A DNA stretch of 64,000 nucleotides from assembly GCA_004022145.1 (NCBI GenBank), contig RCNU01000011.1. One strand, 5' to 3'. Below are positions 35,678-49,560 of this stretch, piece after piece. Origin of the DNA: Paecilomyces variotii (taxonomy: Eukaryota). The position numbers and the translations under genes were made by a program. Numbering within the stretch: position 1 is the stretch's first letter; each line of letters begins with the position of its first letter. Under the pieces are notes generated by a model. That model saw only the letters and a program-made list of their open reading frames with translations. It did no database searches and had not been told where the DNA came from.

Positions 35678-38600
35678 TTATTGGCCTCCGTAAACGGAGC
35701 TGACGCTCTTCTTGCCAAGGAAGCTCCGGCGTCCAGCTCTCTTGGAGTCGGGACTGTCAGGGGCGTCAGAAGTGGCATCGCCGTGGTTGGAGTATGACGT
35801 CCCGGGTCTACCTCCGCTTTCAGAGGGAGTGAAACTACTCTTGACGACGATGTTGCCATCACCGACCCTGATGGACTTCTCCTTGCCAGCGACGGAGCCC
35901 TGGTCGTCAACGAAGAACAACGCCTCGCCCAGGACTGGGCTCGAACCAAACGTCACATGGTCGACCACGTGAAGCTGATACTGAGCTTCAGCCGAAGTGT
36001 TGGAGACGCTGAAAGTCTCCTTGCTCGCGTCGAACTGGACCTCACCAGCACTGTTGGCTTTGATAGCTTTCGTCTTGTGCACCTCCTTGGCGCCCTTGGC
36101 TCCAAGCGCCTTAACGTGCACACGGACGTTGGTGTTGGCAGGATAGCCATTGGCTGAGACAATAGTGAACGTAGCTGTACCGGCGTCACCCTTGCCGCCG
36201 ACACCAAGTCGGTCGCCGAACTGAGATGCGATACTACGAGTCCGGCTGTGCTGTCGCTGAGTCGAACTGGACGTGGATTCTACCAGAGTGGCACCAGTGG
36301 CACCAACACCAGCTGCGCCAGCAGCGCCAGCAGCGGCGGCGGCGGTGGCAGCAGCAGCAGCAGCACCGTCAACTTGTGATGTATTGGGCTGAGACGGCGG
36401 ACTAGGCGGTTCCACTCCGTTAGTTGTGCGGATCGACTTGGAATCATCTTCATCGACCTGTTCGGCGGCCTCCTTCTTGCGACCTCCGATGCCCATCACT
36501 CCGCGCTTGAGGAAAGAGGCGCCCTTAATGACACCACCTCCGACAGCAGTGACGCCCTTAACGGGTGCACCGACAATCTTGCCTGGAGTGGCGAACGTTC
36601 CAGAGAACGTGGAGCTTCCCATGCGCGAACGGGTCACGTAGGATGGCCTGAACAGCATTCTCAGGCGAATGGCACCAGACTTCCCATCCAAAGGCAGGGA
36701 AACCTCCTGGTTCTTGAATGGCTCCAGCTGTTCAAGGTCGACACCAGTACCACCCAGATAGTCGGCCTTCTCACCAAAGTCCCAGTCGTAGACATCACAG
36801 CGGAGATCTGCGCCAATGCGAGACTTAATGGGGGTCTCGAAGAACTCGTTCCAGGCCGGATGAAGAGTCTTCTTCATCACCTTGGTCTTGTAGACCTCCT
36901 TACCCGCCAGCTTGAATTTGCAGTAAGGATCACTGTAGCCGTTGCGGTCCGCAGATGGCAGATCGGCGGCGTCGAGCACGTCCACGCGGAGCGTTCCAGA
37001 GTTGTTGATACTCTCGCGAGGATCGAGATCCATCTTGACGGGGATGTAACGGAGGCTGACGGTAACCTTGCTGACAGCACCCTCGTCAGACCGGAGGGTA
37101 AGCTCCGTGGGGGTATACAAGCAGCGCTGCAACGTAGGCAACGTCTCTCCTGTCAATTTGGCAATAGTGTGATTATCATCGCCCTCCTTGTCGGTCTTCT
37201 CTACAAGGCGAAGAGTAATCTTGGAAGCGTCGAGTTCACGCACAAATGCGTCGCCGACTTCAGGATAGTTAGCAGCGACCACTATGAAAAGATCGGTAGC
37301 AGTGTAAACTCACAGTCTTCGAAGTTGACAGATTTCGAATGAACCTTAGCGGATGTATAATCAGCGAATAGATGGTCGTCCATAAGGACTTCGAGCTGCA
37401 CATTGGAATGCGAAAGCTCGCCATGGATAATCTTGAACACCAGGAAACCGGACTCTGCTGCTTGTTAGCTCTACGAATCAACGTGTATTGCGCGGGATAT
37501 AACATACGGTACTGAGGCAGATCCTGCGCAGAAAGGTAGACCTTTGGTACTGACTTGGTCGACAGAATCGACGCAGTATCGGAATCTGCATCTGTTCTGG
37601 GACTCGGGGGCTCCAGGCCGGGGCTCTTTGGCTCAAGGATTGCAGGACTCTTTGGCTCGAGGGCTGCCTGACTGTCACCATTGAGTTTGGGTGCCTCCGT
37701 AGAGACAGCGCTCTTGGGCCTCGAGACTTCACTGGGGTTCTTCGAGTGAAGGCTCTTGGTGCGCTTAGACTCTCCGTCAGTGCTAGAGCCATTGGGCTCT
37801 TCCGCTCCCTCTTCTTCATTCTCGGCTTCTTCTGCCGGGTCAACAACATGGAGGGCCGGGTAGAATGCAACCGTGTAGTTGAGGTAACCCTTGATGCCAC
37901 TGCGGCCTAGAGTGAGTCCGCTCTTGATGAGCTGCTTCTCATCGTCGATTTCATACTCTCCAGTCTCGTCTTGGCGGACGTAGTCTCCCGCGGACAGGTC
38001 CACCAAACCAAGTGAGCGATCCTTGCCAAGAGTCTCCTCATCCATGACCTCCAGGGTAATCTTTTCACGGTTGTTGTGGATAGGCACGTAAACAACCTCA
38101 TCCCAGTCAGGGTTGAGATTGTTCTTGAAAGTGACAGTACGGCCCTTCTCCAAGCCGTTGACCAAGACACGCACGTAAGGGTCGGATTTGCCCATAGTCT
38201 CCAGGTTCCGGAGGTCATTGGCGCTCTGCAGATGCAGCCGCATAACACCGATAGGGTCCATGTAACCAGCACCGCCAGCAATGCCTCTGAGCGCGACAGG
38301 CTTCCACTCAAGCTTCATCTTGGCGCGACCGGTCTTGGCGCCTGAAAGATGGAACCATTCGTGGCCCTTCGCCATCAGCTTCATCATATCATTGAACTTG
38401 ATCTGGTAGCGACCAATGATCGGGTCAGTCACAATGCCTCGGTCGTCCTTGATGACGAGACCCAGTCGCGCGGACTTGCGATCAGTGACGAGGAATTCCT
38501 TGGACGCGTTCTGGAAGATCGGGTTGTTGGTGCGCTTCAGCTTGTTGGTGATATGGATCTCCTTTCCGTTGAGCAAGAGGACAGCGTATGGGTTCAGAGC

Positions 38601-40651
38601 GCCGACCATACTCTTGGAGCCATCCAGGTCCTTGGCCTGCTCGATCGTGAATCGTGCGATACCGCTGTTGAGCTCTGGCGGCGGCTCGAGTTGACCGGCG
38701 TCGTTTGTTCTTCCTTCCAGGACAGGGAAGAAACGGACATCAGCCATAACGGCACCTCGCGAACGGCCACTGGCCATGACTTCTAGGGTGACATTCTCAT
38801 GCTCCGGTACCTCCTCCAGTTGGTCGAGAGCGAAGTTTGCCACTCCGAGTTCCTTGTCCTTTCGGAACTCGTTGAAATCGTAGACCTGAATCGTGAGGGC
38901 ATCCGTGAGAGAAGTGACGATAACGTAGATTGTCTCGTTCCACTTCGGGTTAGCATTGCCCTGAACCGTCTTGGTGCGTCCGAGCGGAGTGCGATTATTG
39001 ATCGAGACGACCGCATACGGATCAGGAGTACCCGCAAAGTTATCAGTGTTCTTTAGATTACGGGCTCCATGGAGGGTAACTGCAACGACACCAATGGCCT
39101 GGTCGACCGGGTTACCAGCCAACATCTTCGCGATTTCGACCGGGAAGACATTGGGAGCGTACATCATCGGGGCGAGGTTACCGTGGATCTGCTCCTTAAT
39201 GAAGGACTCGAGACCGGGGATGAAGTTGATGTCGAATCCGAGGGTGTCACCACCGAGAGGTTTGCAAACGTAGTCGATGTCCGGGCGCTCCAAGAAGCAA
39301 ACATCCACTCGCTCAATGTGCGGGAAGGGGATCTGCAGCTTGACCTTGACTCTCATCAAACCGGAGAAGGCGAAGTCCTCCACGATAACGTCGAGACCTT
39401 TGCTGACAACACCCTTTCCGACTCTGACCTCCAGAACGACCTTGGGGTTGACCTTGTCCTTGATCTGGCGCGCCGTCAGGTCCATAACATCGTTGGGCGT
39501 GAAGCTGAACTTCCAATCCATGATCACGGTGTCGACCTCGGTCTTGGGGTACGTCTTGACGTGCTCGAGACGCGGGGGCTTCGTGCCCAGGATAAAGGTC
39601 TTCAAGCGGAGACTGTCGAGAAATGCAGGAGTAGCGGTACTGAGCACCTGGTCGACCGAGTTGATGATGGTGTCGCAGAGAACCGGGGCGTAGATGGGCC
39701 AGAACTTAACCAGGAAACTGTTGATCCACTCCAAGCTTTCAGTGTCGGTCTCCAGACGCTGCTTGGCCATCTCACGGTAGACATCGTCGCGGAAGTTACG
39801 GCGGACGCGGCGAATGGATGTGCGGTAGTAAGTACTACATGCAGCCATGACGATAAAAACCCAGGCCAGTCCTCCACCGAGGACAGCGACCACCCAGGAC
39901 ATCAGACAGGCAAAGACGATCACCGCAGCATTATGGTACCAGTCTGTGATAACCCAGCGTCAGCATCATTGATCCAAACCAATGGCAACGGGCGCCTCCT
40001 ACCTCCAAAGAACTTATCGTCCAGTTTACTTTCCAGGAAGTCCTGGTGGTCAAGTAACGTGGCCTCCTCTTCGCCCTCGGGCTTCTGGATCTCGAAGCGG
40101 GGAGCCCAGCCGGTACGGTCGCGCGCGTATCGCAAGTCATCTGTCATCTCTGCGGGAGCACCTTTCGCCTCTCCGTTGGCTGGCGTCGTAGGCGTGACGG
40201 CCATCTCAGCGCCTTTGCTGGGCGGTGGTAGATCGTACTTGTCGGGTGTGCCATCATCCTTTGTGATCCGTCAGCGGGGGGCTCTTGCGCGCAGAGGGCC
40301 ATTGACACTCACGATATCTGTGGCTACAGCAATGCCTTTGGGTTTCCGATCCCTAAATCCTGGAGGGAGACGCTACGGGACGCATGTCAGTGAATTGTTT
40401 TGCTTGCTGGATATTTGCAATTCCCGGTCTTGCCAGCTTACCGATTTGGCCAGCGCGGCCTTCTCCTCTGGGGGTGCATCTGGATCGAACTGGAAAGCTG
40501 GCGCACCAGCTTTCCTGCTCTCCTCTATCAGGACGTTCTCGACATTTTCCGGTCGCACGTTGGATTGGGGATCCTGAGCGGCTCGTTCGGCGGTCTCAAC
40601 CGCGCCCTGCTGTCTCAGTTCGCTCTTGGCGGATTCGATGGGATCAGCCAT
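35678..40651 (-). CDS. TCB: Tricalbin / extended synaptotagmin (TM hairpin, SMP domain, multiple C2 domains), multi-exon
   Basis: TESLEWINSFLVKFW (SMP). C2 motifs TPDPYAVV, GKSDPYVRV, NGYSDPYCKF. Start MADPIESAK at 40651. Confidence 0.92.
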
Positions 40652-43600
40652 GGTGGAGGTTCGTCAGCCGTGAATGAATGGACGAGGAGCTCTCCCGGCG
40701 ATCGTGACCCGGGGCACCTCAGCGTACTTGGATCAATGTCAAGAAGTAGAAGGGGAGAAAATCGGAACAGAAAAAGGAGGACAGCGAGGACGATAGCTAG
40801 TCTAGTTCACAGTCCAGGTGGTGAATAGTAATAATAGTCCGAGCTGGATAGCTTCGGTGTTTCCGCCTTGCCAATGGGGCTCGGCAGCCGCAACAATGCA
40901 GGCCCAAGGAGCCACTGACGCGTCCGGCGCCGAGTAGTCGCAAGGGAATGTAGAAGACGGCGAGAATGGGGTTCCCTTCTGGTAAACTTCGCGTCGTTCT
41001 GGAGAGAAACACAGAAAAGGGAGGGTTCATCGACTCCAGACGACCCAAACTGCGAGGTGATCTGGTTCGGCCAACTGGGAGCTGCCGAAGTTGCTACCGG
41101 GTGGATTAATTAGTATGATGATTGTGATCGTGAAGTCCCACCAGGGCGATTCCGCTCAACTCAACGGGAGAAGAATCAATCCTCGTGGCTGGTGAGGGAC
41201 TGAGGGGGAAAGAGTTCTTGTTTTATTTTATCATTTATCAAATGTCGTTTATACGCCCCCTCGTGCGGGCTGGAACTGGGCCTTTTTGTGCTGCTGCCAC
41301 TGCCACTGCTCCTCCTCCTCCTCCTCCTCGGTGTCGCAAGATTTATTCGCTACAGGGGATCAGTGACGTATAACTAGGGATTGACTCGCCAGGCTAGTAG
41401 ATAGCGTCCGACTACGCTGGTCCGTTCTCTACGAACGAAGAAAAAGAAGCCCGACTGCGAATCACGATGCTCGCGATGGCGAATGGGCGCGGGGGGACGT
41501 GAGGCCCACGGTCGATCGCGCCTCCAAGAATCGGACCTAGTGGACGACGGCGCGAGATCTATCGATTTTCAGCCACGCTGCCACAATCCGACAGCGTGGA
41601 CGAACGAGCAGGTTCCTCGGTGGGCCGGCGGACGGCCCGATCGCGTGCTCTTTTTTTCTCCTGTCTCGGGCTGAAGATGGAGGGGAAAAAAAGGAGCAGG
41701 GGAAGGCTGGAACCAAAGAAAACGAGCTTCGTTGGGATTATGGTTATGGAAAATAACGATGGCGAGGGTTAGAATATGGTGCAAGAAGGAGACATTATTA
41801 TTGGGGAGGTCTGGTGGCTGATGGGAGCAAGTCCAGATAGATACTGTAAATTTAAAATAATAATAATATCCTCTGGGGGGAGCGTCATGCCATGGATGGC
41901 AGCGCTATCGAGATCCTGTGGCTGAGTTGAGGGGAGAAGTAAGAGATCCTCTGCCAGGGCCAATTGATGACCAGCAGTAGATAGTGACTCTGGCCAGATG
42001 AAATTCAATCCAAGTCCATTATTAGTTAATTATCATTATTATTGATTGCTCCAGAGTCCAGATGAGCGGGTAACAATAATAATATCCGCCAGCTCTCTAT
42101 CTAGCCTCAATTGAGAAAGACAATCAAGCCAGAACAACTCAGCCGGGTGGCTGGTGAACTGCTCTCCTCTCATATCATATCATATCACATCACATCTCTC
42201 CTATCCGACCATGAGGGGGAAATCCCCAATGGGCACAACCCGCGGCTGAAAGAAGTTTGCGCCATCTCGTCTCCACCGTCCCCAACCTTCTCAGCCTGGA
42301 CGCGCTGTGTATGGACGCTGTGCCTAGAGTAGACTGAGTAGTAGACGCAGTAGTCTAGTCCAGCAGACTAACTCAAGTCGAGCAGGGTCAGAAAAGAAAG
42401 AAAGAAAGAAGATGGCTGAAGTTGCAAGGGCCCGCCGAGAAAACACGGAACATGGAAGCGCAAGATACGAAGATCCCACTAACTACAGTATGTATGCCGC
42501 CGTCTCTACGTAAGCCTTTTTCCAGCCGCGAGATATTTAATATTAAGCTTGGCGAAGTCAGAAAGACTTTTACTATTATCCAGAGAAGGTATTTGAAAAG
42601 TTTGAAAAAAACTCGTGGCACGGCTCAATATACTTCAGTAATCCATTATTCCCACTTCCTTGGAAAAGAACAGAAAAAAAAAGATAAAAAAAAAAGATAA
42701 AAAGATAAAAAGAAAGTCTGCATCTACGCTCCACCTAAATAAATAAAGTCTACAACACTCAAACCCACAATCAAACACAATCAAAACCCCAAATCCCAAT
42801 CGGGAAGAAAAAGAAAAGAGAAAAAAGAAAATCACCCGCGCGGGAGATTCGACGACGATCATGACATTCATTGACAAGGCAATATCGAAAAAAAAGATCG
42901 TCGTTCCCCACTAGCATCATCGCATCATCGCATCTTGCAGTACACTGTAGATTATAGTTTTCACCCATTCGTATATGTAGCCAGAAAGATCGGCACAAGT
43001 TTCCCTCCCCCGGTCTTTCTTTCTATAATTCGCTTCAATGCTGCAGAGTAAATTACATATACACTACTGCATATGCATCTAATATCATAGCCTGCCTACT
43101 TAATAGGGCAAGTTATACATATACAGTACTTACTTAAATTACACTGACCGACAAGGATAAATGCATGGGGACTGTGCTAGTAATATCAGGAGTAAATTAT
43201 TATTATTACTTGCAGCTGTGCCCGACATTATTATTAGCAATCGGATCGGCATTATCTGAGATCTAGCCATGTATTGAGATTGTCTCGATAATGGCTGTGC
43301 TTCTTCTGTACATGGCGTGTAACTTAGTGGTAGAGAATAATAATAATAAAGACCATGTCAAGCTCTACCCGACTCGGTACTCATGGCCGAATATAGACTC
43401 AACTCAACTTAACTCAATAGATAGCACGATGATCATAGTCTACTCGTACACGCCTTCCAGTCTAGATATATAACTCGCATAATGCTCGGTAGGTCAAGTG
43501 AAGTGTAGGTAGCCATATGCGACAGGATGAGGCGATCTGAATGGCAGATATCCACCAGTAAGCTACACGCGGTGCAACCAGTATATAAACTAAACTAATG

Positions 43601-43951
43601 GGTAATTGGCAGACGATGCATTTATTCATCAACAGAGAAAGCGGATGGTAGAGATCAATAATATCGAAAGCGTTGAGTTAACAAGATTAAGATGGCCTAG
43701 TCTATACTTAAAGTGCACTTATCAGTCAGTGCGCTATCATTGATATTTCTCATCAAGTAAAGTATTCTCTCTGCCCACTTGGATTCAATTCACTATGTGT
43801 CCTGGATCTATGTTCCTCCCCTAGCTAGGTAGTGGATCTTGACACAAAACGCTTGGTCGCCGCCTAGATGCAGCATGGTAATCCAGGACAAGATAAGCAA
43901 ACAATGCCCAGAAATACCTATCTTTAGCGGATATATGTCCTGATAATTTCT

Positions 43952-43952
<1 letters not shown>

Positions 43953-43993
<41 letters not shown>
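43953..43993. repeat. Poly-T homopolymer (41 nt)
   Basis: Read directly. Confidence 0.9.
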
Positions 43994-44387
43994 CGCTTGC
44001 GTGTCCTGAATTCCATATTGATTATTATATCTTGATTGTTTGCTTAATTCGGATGTGGTCGCTGGTCGGATAACCTGCCGAGAGCTGTCTAAACATAATG
44101 TAGTTATCACATCTAAGATTCTTCTAGACATGGATTATGATTTGCGAAATGAAGGCCAATTTTATTTTCATTCCAAGCAGCCAACCAATGACTTACGACG
44201 TTGCGGTTTGTGGTACTTCTCATATAACCCGTGTGTATCCCAGTCCCGCGCCAGAGAGAAGTATATACATTAGACGCATTTCGCGTCTGTTCGAAGATAC
44301 AAAATAAAAAAATATAGAAAACAAGAAACAAACGAACCGGACTCCTCATATGCGTCATGCCACAGAAATAAAACATCATCGACTTCT

Positions 44388-45642
44388 TTATGAGCTCGTG
44401 GTCTCGACCTGGATGGCGAAGGTGGGCACGTGGAATGTGACATTGGAGCTAGAGGAGAATGCCTCAGATCCTAAACTCAGATGGCCCAGGTAGTCCTGCG
44501 TAGTCGGGTAATTCGCCTTATTGGCCGATATCAGGTCCGTCAGGAGAGGCAGGATATCGCCGTGGAACGACTCGGTGGTGGTTTGAGTGGCCCAGGTGAG
44601 CACGTTCTGTTTCTGACCGTTCTCTCCGACGTAGAGATTGCTGGAATTATAGTGTCAGTAAAACTTGGCCAGGAGGATATTCCGATGGGGATGTGACGTA
44701 CAATACGGTGCCGTTCAAGGTCTTCGAGGAAACAATACCCTTATTGAGGCCGATGGGTTGCGCCGCATCACCGACCGTCGCGAACCAGATCATGACTTCG
44801 CATTTGGCCTCGGTACTGTTACCTGAAATGGCTTTATCGCTATCGAAGAACATATCTATGGCGACGTTGGTGTTGACGGATTGATCGGTGAGCTGTGCGA
44901 TATCGGTGGTCGCGGCGGCACTATCGCCCACCCCGTACGTCCACTCCAGGTCGAGCATGAGGTGCTGGACATCACTCATCAGGACCGGCAGCGTCTTGCC
45001 TCCAATCTCTGCGTTGGGGAACGCATGCACAGGCTGCGTCTCGGGGCCGACGGGATACTGCCAGGTGACGGAAAATTCGGGCGCGGTGTACTTGGTGGGA
45101 TAGGTCTCGTTGTTGAACGTAGTAACCTGCGATCGTAGCTGTCAGCACCTATGCTTCTGCCATACGGTCCGGGTCTGCTCGACTTGATCTACTTACGTTC
45201 ATACACAGTGCTCCTGTCTCTCCAGCGGTCACACCCCACTGGTTTGGGTTCACTGCGGGCAACAGGGTCAATATCCGCACAACCGTACACCTTCATCACG
45301 ACGACCGGCATCGCATCGAGGTCACTTACGTATGAATTCCTCTCCTTTCGACGGCGGTTCGATACCGTAGGACTTCTGGCAGTATGTAGTCGTGGTGACG
45401 CCGTTGTTACTGGGGACGCCAGTAAATCCACCACCGCCGCCGCCGGTGCTATCGCTGCCACCACTGCTGCCACCACCAGCACCAATACCGGGGATACCAG
45501 CATTACCTGGATCGTAACCAAACAACGGCGGTTGTCCCGTCGCAGCGCGATGCGCATCGAGACCGACAAGAACTCCAATTGAAGTTCCAATGGGGATGGC
45601 CAGCAGGCCCGCGTTGACCAGCCATCGGAAGGCTGCGGCCAT
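44388..45642 (-). CDS. GH12 endoglucanase/xyloglucanase-like protein with N-terminal hydrophobic anchor and Gly-rich linker, 4 exons
   Basis: LNPNQWG, VHAFPN, NVAIDMFFD, CEVMIWF (nucleophile Glu), LGSEAF (acid/base Glu). N-terminus WLVNAGLLAIPIGTSIGVLVGL. Confidence 0.8.
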
Positions 45643-47138
45643 GGTGAAAGCAGGGCAAGGCAAAAAAAAAAGAAGAAGAAAAGACGGCAACGAAGGACGA
45701 AAAAAAGAAGGTCTGGATATGCGCTCTCGCCCCCAAAATAGCGAGTGTGTTGATATGGGGGGGGGGACTGGCCGATATTTACTGAATTAATTAATGACTG
45801 AGAGGCAGAGATGGATGTGAAGGGTCATCGGGGATCAGCGGTTGCTGCATCGACAGAAGGAAGACTCTGCCCTATTGGGTCCCGTGATAAGTAAGGCCAT
45901 CTACTAACTACTATTACTAGTTACTGTCATTCGACTTCCTAGGCTAACTAACTTGACCAACTTCAACCGCAAATGGATGTCCATATAATTATAGCACTGC
46001 AAACGGGCTTTTTCTCTCTCCCTCTCCACAGTGACGTTCCTGCATGGCCAACCACGACGATCAAACACGGCATAGTGCCAGGTCAGAGCCCTTGCAAATG
46101 TGGTGAATTGTATCGAGCGGCAACAACTGGACGACGATAGATACATCCAAAGCTTGGTCCACTTGACCATGGTTAGCCCGCCAGCCCATCCCCTCGATCT
46201 CTTCCACTCGCTGCTGCACAATATAATAATTTCCAGTTCCCGCGGGAGGTGCCTGGGGCGAAACAGCACTAGGCGACGCACAGACGGGTGACAAGAAACA
46301 GTTGCGCCAGACGATGTGATGGCTTCGAATGCCTGGAGGACCAAGCATAACTAGTTAAACAACGCTATGATGCGATTCCCCCGGAAAACCAGACCCCCGC
46401 TAGAGGCACACAAACGACCACGAGACGGGAGCGATAGAACCAAAAAGAAGAAGGGCAAAAAAAAGATGAAAACGAAGCCGGCCGTGCCTGTGCCTGTGCC
46501 TGGATATGGCATGCCGTGAATGGGGGTCATTACGACGTAGGCTGACCAGGAACCGGCCTTTCTGCATCAGAATATGGTACACATAATTTCTCTTAACTAC
46601 GGCTGAGAGCGGAAGCCAACCGAGGACCGAAGATGTAAGAACAACAGCAATCTGGTTCTTGACGATTCTGGCTCCGCAATTGGGGCAAAGTGTCAGATGA
46701 GCCACAGCGATCCCCTCGACGATCGTCTCCGGTTCGTCCGACTGGCATAAGCCCTAGATGGATGGATCCATCAGAGTCTGCGGTGATCGATCCCCCCGTC
46801 GCCCGGTCACCGTTCTCTTAATATAGCCCCCAAAGAACTCTCTCCGTAGATACTCCGTAGTTACTCCTCCAAACCTCCTCAAGTCTGTTTCCTGGGAAAT
46901 CTGGACATCCGCGCGTCTGTGATCGTCTGCTGCTGCCGCCGTTGTTGTGTTGTTGCCAGCATTCGGTCTCCGACACTACACTCGTTTAGTCGTTACGCCG
47001 TCGTCCCGTCATGTTCACTGCGTTGTAAAGACCTATTATTATTATCATCGATATAACTAATTCCACCACTCACACGATCACTCGTTTTTCTGTTGTTGTC
47101 GTCGTCTATCGTCTTTATTTCCCAGTCACCCGAGGAGG

Positions 47139-49560
47139 ATGACCTACCATCCCACGACGATGAATGACCACTACGAAGATGGAGGTGAGATGGTCGATCT
47201 CAATGTCCTCCACAGCCCAAGGGACCATAGTCGCTATACACAAGAACCCATCACGCCCGTGACGGCGAGACCGTTGATCAGGGGACCGGCTGGGTTCTCG
47301 GAAGAGTCTCTCCCGTCATATCGCTCATATCCATCTGGAGTCTCAGGGCATAATGGACTGACGGTGAATCGGGGCTATGGCGAGGAATCAGTTGCCTCTG
47401 GTGACTATTCCCGTCCAACTACGCCATCCTTGGTGGTATGTTCTCGTGGATCTGCATGACAGGCAGAAAAAGGTACAGCGGAGCTAACAAGAGGTGTCGA
47501 TGCAGCCATTTCATCAGAATCGGTCCAGTGATTTCAGCTACCACAGCCAGGCCACTTTGACCAATCTGGTGAGCAAGCCGCCGTCTCCCGTTTACGCGAA
47601 GGAATGGGTCGAGCCGGGCTCGATCGCTCGCATTGCCGATCGAGACGACAAGGAAATCTGGAGAGGATGGAAGCGATTCATCTTCCGCATCGTTCCCTTC
47701 CTGATCTTTGCTAACACGGCCCTGTACCTGTTGTACCTGGGTCTTCGTATTGCCTGTGTCGTCTTCGCTCAGCGGGCTCAGCGCAACACCTTTGCGGCAG
47801 CGTGGGTCTTCATCGCCATCGAAGTCGCGACGGCCATTCCGTCCCTGATGCACAACGCTTGGACCATGTGGGCGATGAAGAAGCGACAGAGGCCGAAGCT
47901 GAGACTGACCGGAAACGACGTCCCGACCGTGGATGTGTTCATCACCTGTGCTGGTGAAGATGACGACGTCGTTCTCGACACCATCTGTGGCGCGTGCGAT
48001 GTCGACTATCCGCGCGACCGTTTCCGGGTCATCGTGCTGGACGACGGTGGATCGGAGACTCTGAAAGCGTCCGTCCACCATCTGACCACCACGACCTATC
48101 CCAATCTCTACTACAGGGCCCGTCAGAAGATTCCCGGAGTGCCGCACCACTTCAAGGCTGGAAACCTCAACTATGGTCTCGAGCAGACCTATCTGCTGCC
48201 TGGAGGACCAGGCCAGTTCATGGCTGCCCTCGATGCTGACATGGTAAATTCCCCATTTCGGTTCGTTCCAATCCAAGTCTTTTCCTAATTGACCGGTGAT
48301 CTGCAGATTCCTGAGCCAGATTGGTTACGCGCCGTCCTGCCCCATCTGCTTATCGACGATAAGATGGCCCTTGCATGTCCCCCACAGCTGTTCTACAACA
48401 CGCCTCCCTCCGATCCCTTGGCGCAGAGCTTGGACTTCTTCGTCCATGTCATTGAGCCCATCAAGGACGCTCTTAATGTCGCTTGGTGTACGGGATCCGG
48501 TTACGTTGTTCGTCGCGAGGCTCTTGATGATATTGGCAACTTCCCTCTGGGTTCCTTGGCCGAAGATGTCGCGACGTCGACCCAGATGCTTGGTAAGGGC
48601 TGGAAGACCGCCTATGTGCACGAGCCCCTCCAGTTCGGTACGGTGCCCGAAGACTTTGGCTCGCATCTGAAGCAACGTACCCGATGGGCCATTGGAACCA
48701 TTGAAACCGCCATCAAGCTGAACTTCTGTCTGTATGGTGACAAGGTGAAGAAGATGACTGTCGCCCAGCGCTTCTCCGGATTCCTCTATGCTACTCTCAG
48801 TTGGTACACTATCCTGCTCACTGCTTCTCTGTTCGCTATCCCCATTATCCTTTTGTGGGGCAAGCCTCTCGTGGCCTTTTCAAACATGGAACAGCTGCGG
48901 TGGCTCATTCGGGCGTGCTTTGCCACGACCATCATGAACCGAATTTGTGAATTCGTCCTCTTCATTCCCGCTGGCTACCACACCGGCCAGAGAGGTTCTC
49001 GATACCAGCTCTGGATGGCACCGTATATCGCGCTGTGCATTGTCCGCTCGTTCCTGCTGCCAACGTGGCTAGGAGGCCAGACCCAGGCCTTCAAGCCCAC
49101 TGGCTCTCTGAGCTCCGCTCTCGAGGAGCGTGACCCTCAGCGCCGCAAGAATTTGTTCCGTCGGCTGTTCACTATCCTTTTCAACTACATGGCTGGTTTC
49201 CACTTGATCTTCGTGTATGCCACCTTGGTTGGAGCCGTGCTCGTCTCGTATCGCTGCTTCTACGAAACGTCTGGAGTCAAGAATACCCTCATCTGCTTGC
49301 TCGTTCATGCCTTCTGGCCTCCCCTGACCTTCCTGTTCCTCTGCACGTCCCTCTGGACGCCGATCGCTTATGCCATTGATCCTCCTTCGATGCCTGACCG
49401 AGAGGCGCTGTTGAAGCGAGATCCCAAGACTGGAGTCGCCCATCCAACGGAGCGGAGCAAGAAGATCGCATTTGGAGCACAGTCTGCCTGGTTCGAGCTG
49501 GAGTACACTGTGGCTACCGCTTTCACAGTCGTGGTCTTCGTTTGGTCCTTCTGGTTGTAG
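47139..49560 (+). CDS. Processive GT2 cellulose-synthase-like beta-glucan synthase (CelA/Tft1-like), 3 exons
   Basis: Introns 47436-47505 and 48244-48306. Motifs PTVDVFITC, LDDG, HFKAGNLN, LDADM, AEDV, KQRTRW (D,D,D,QxxRW), with TM helices at both ends. Confidence 0.92.

Noticed and set aside
39069-40577. 502-aa ORF antisense to tricalbin
   Set aside because: Codon-bias shadow that crosses sense-strand introns; no family features.
43808-44131. ORF with a poly-Lys tract
   Set aside because: Artefact of the 41-nt poly-T run; no target-site duplication or retroelement body seen.
40700-44350. Hidden gene or ncRNA in the 3.7-kb gap upstream of tricalbin
   Set aside because: Only short low-complexity ORFs and A/T tracts; no splice-consistent model or RNA structure supported.
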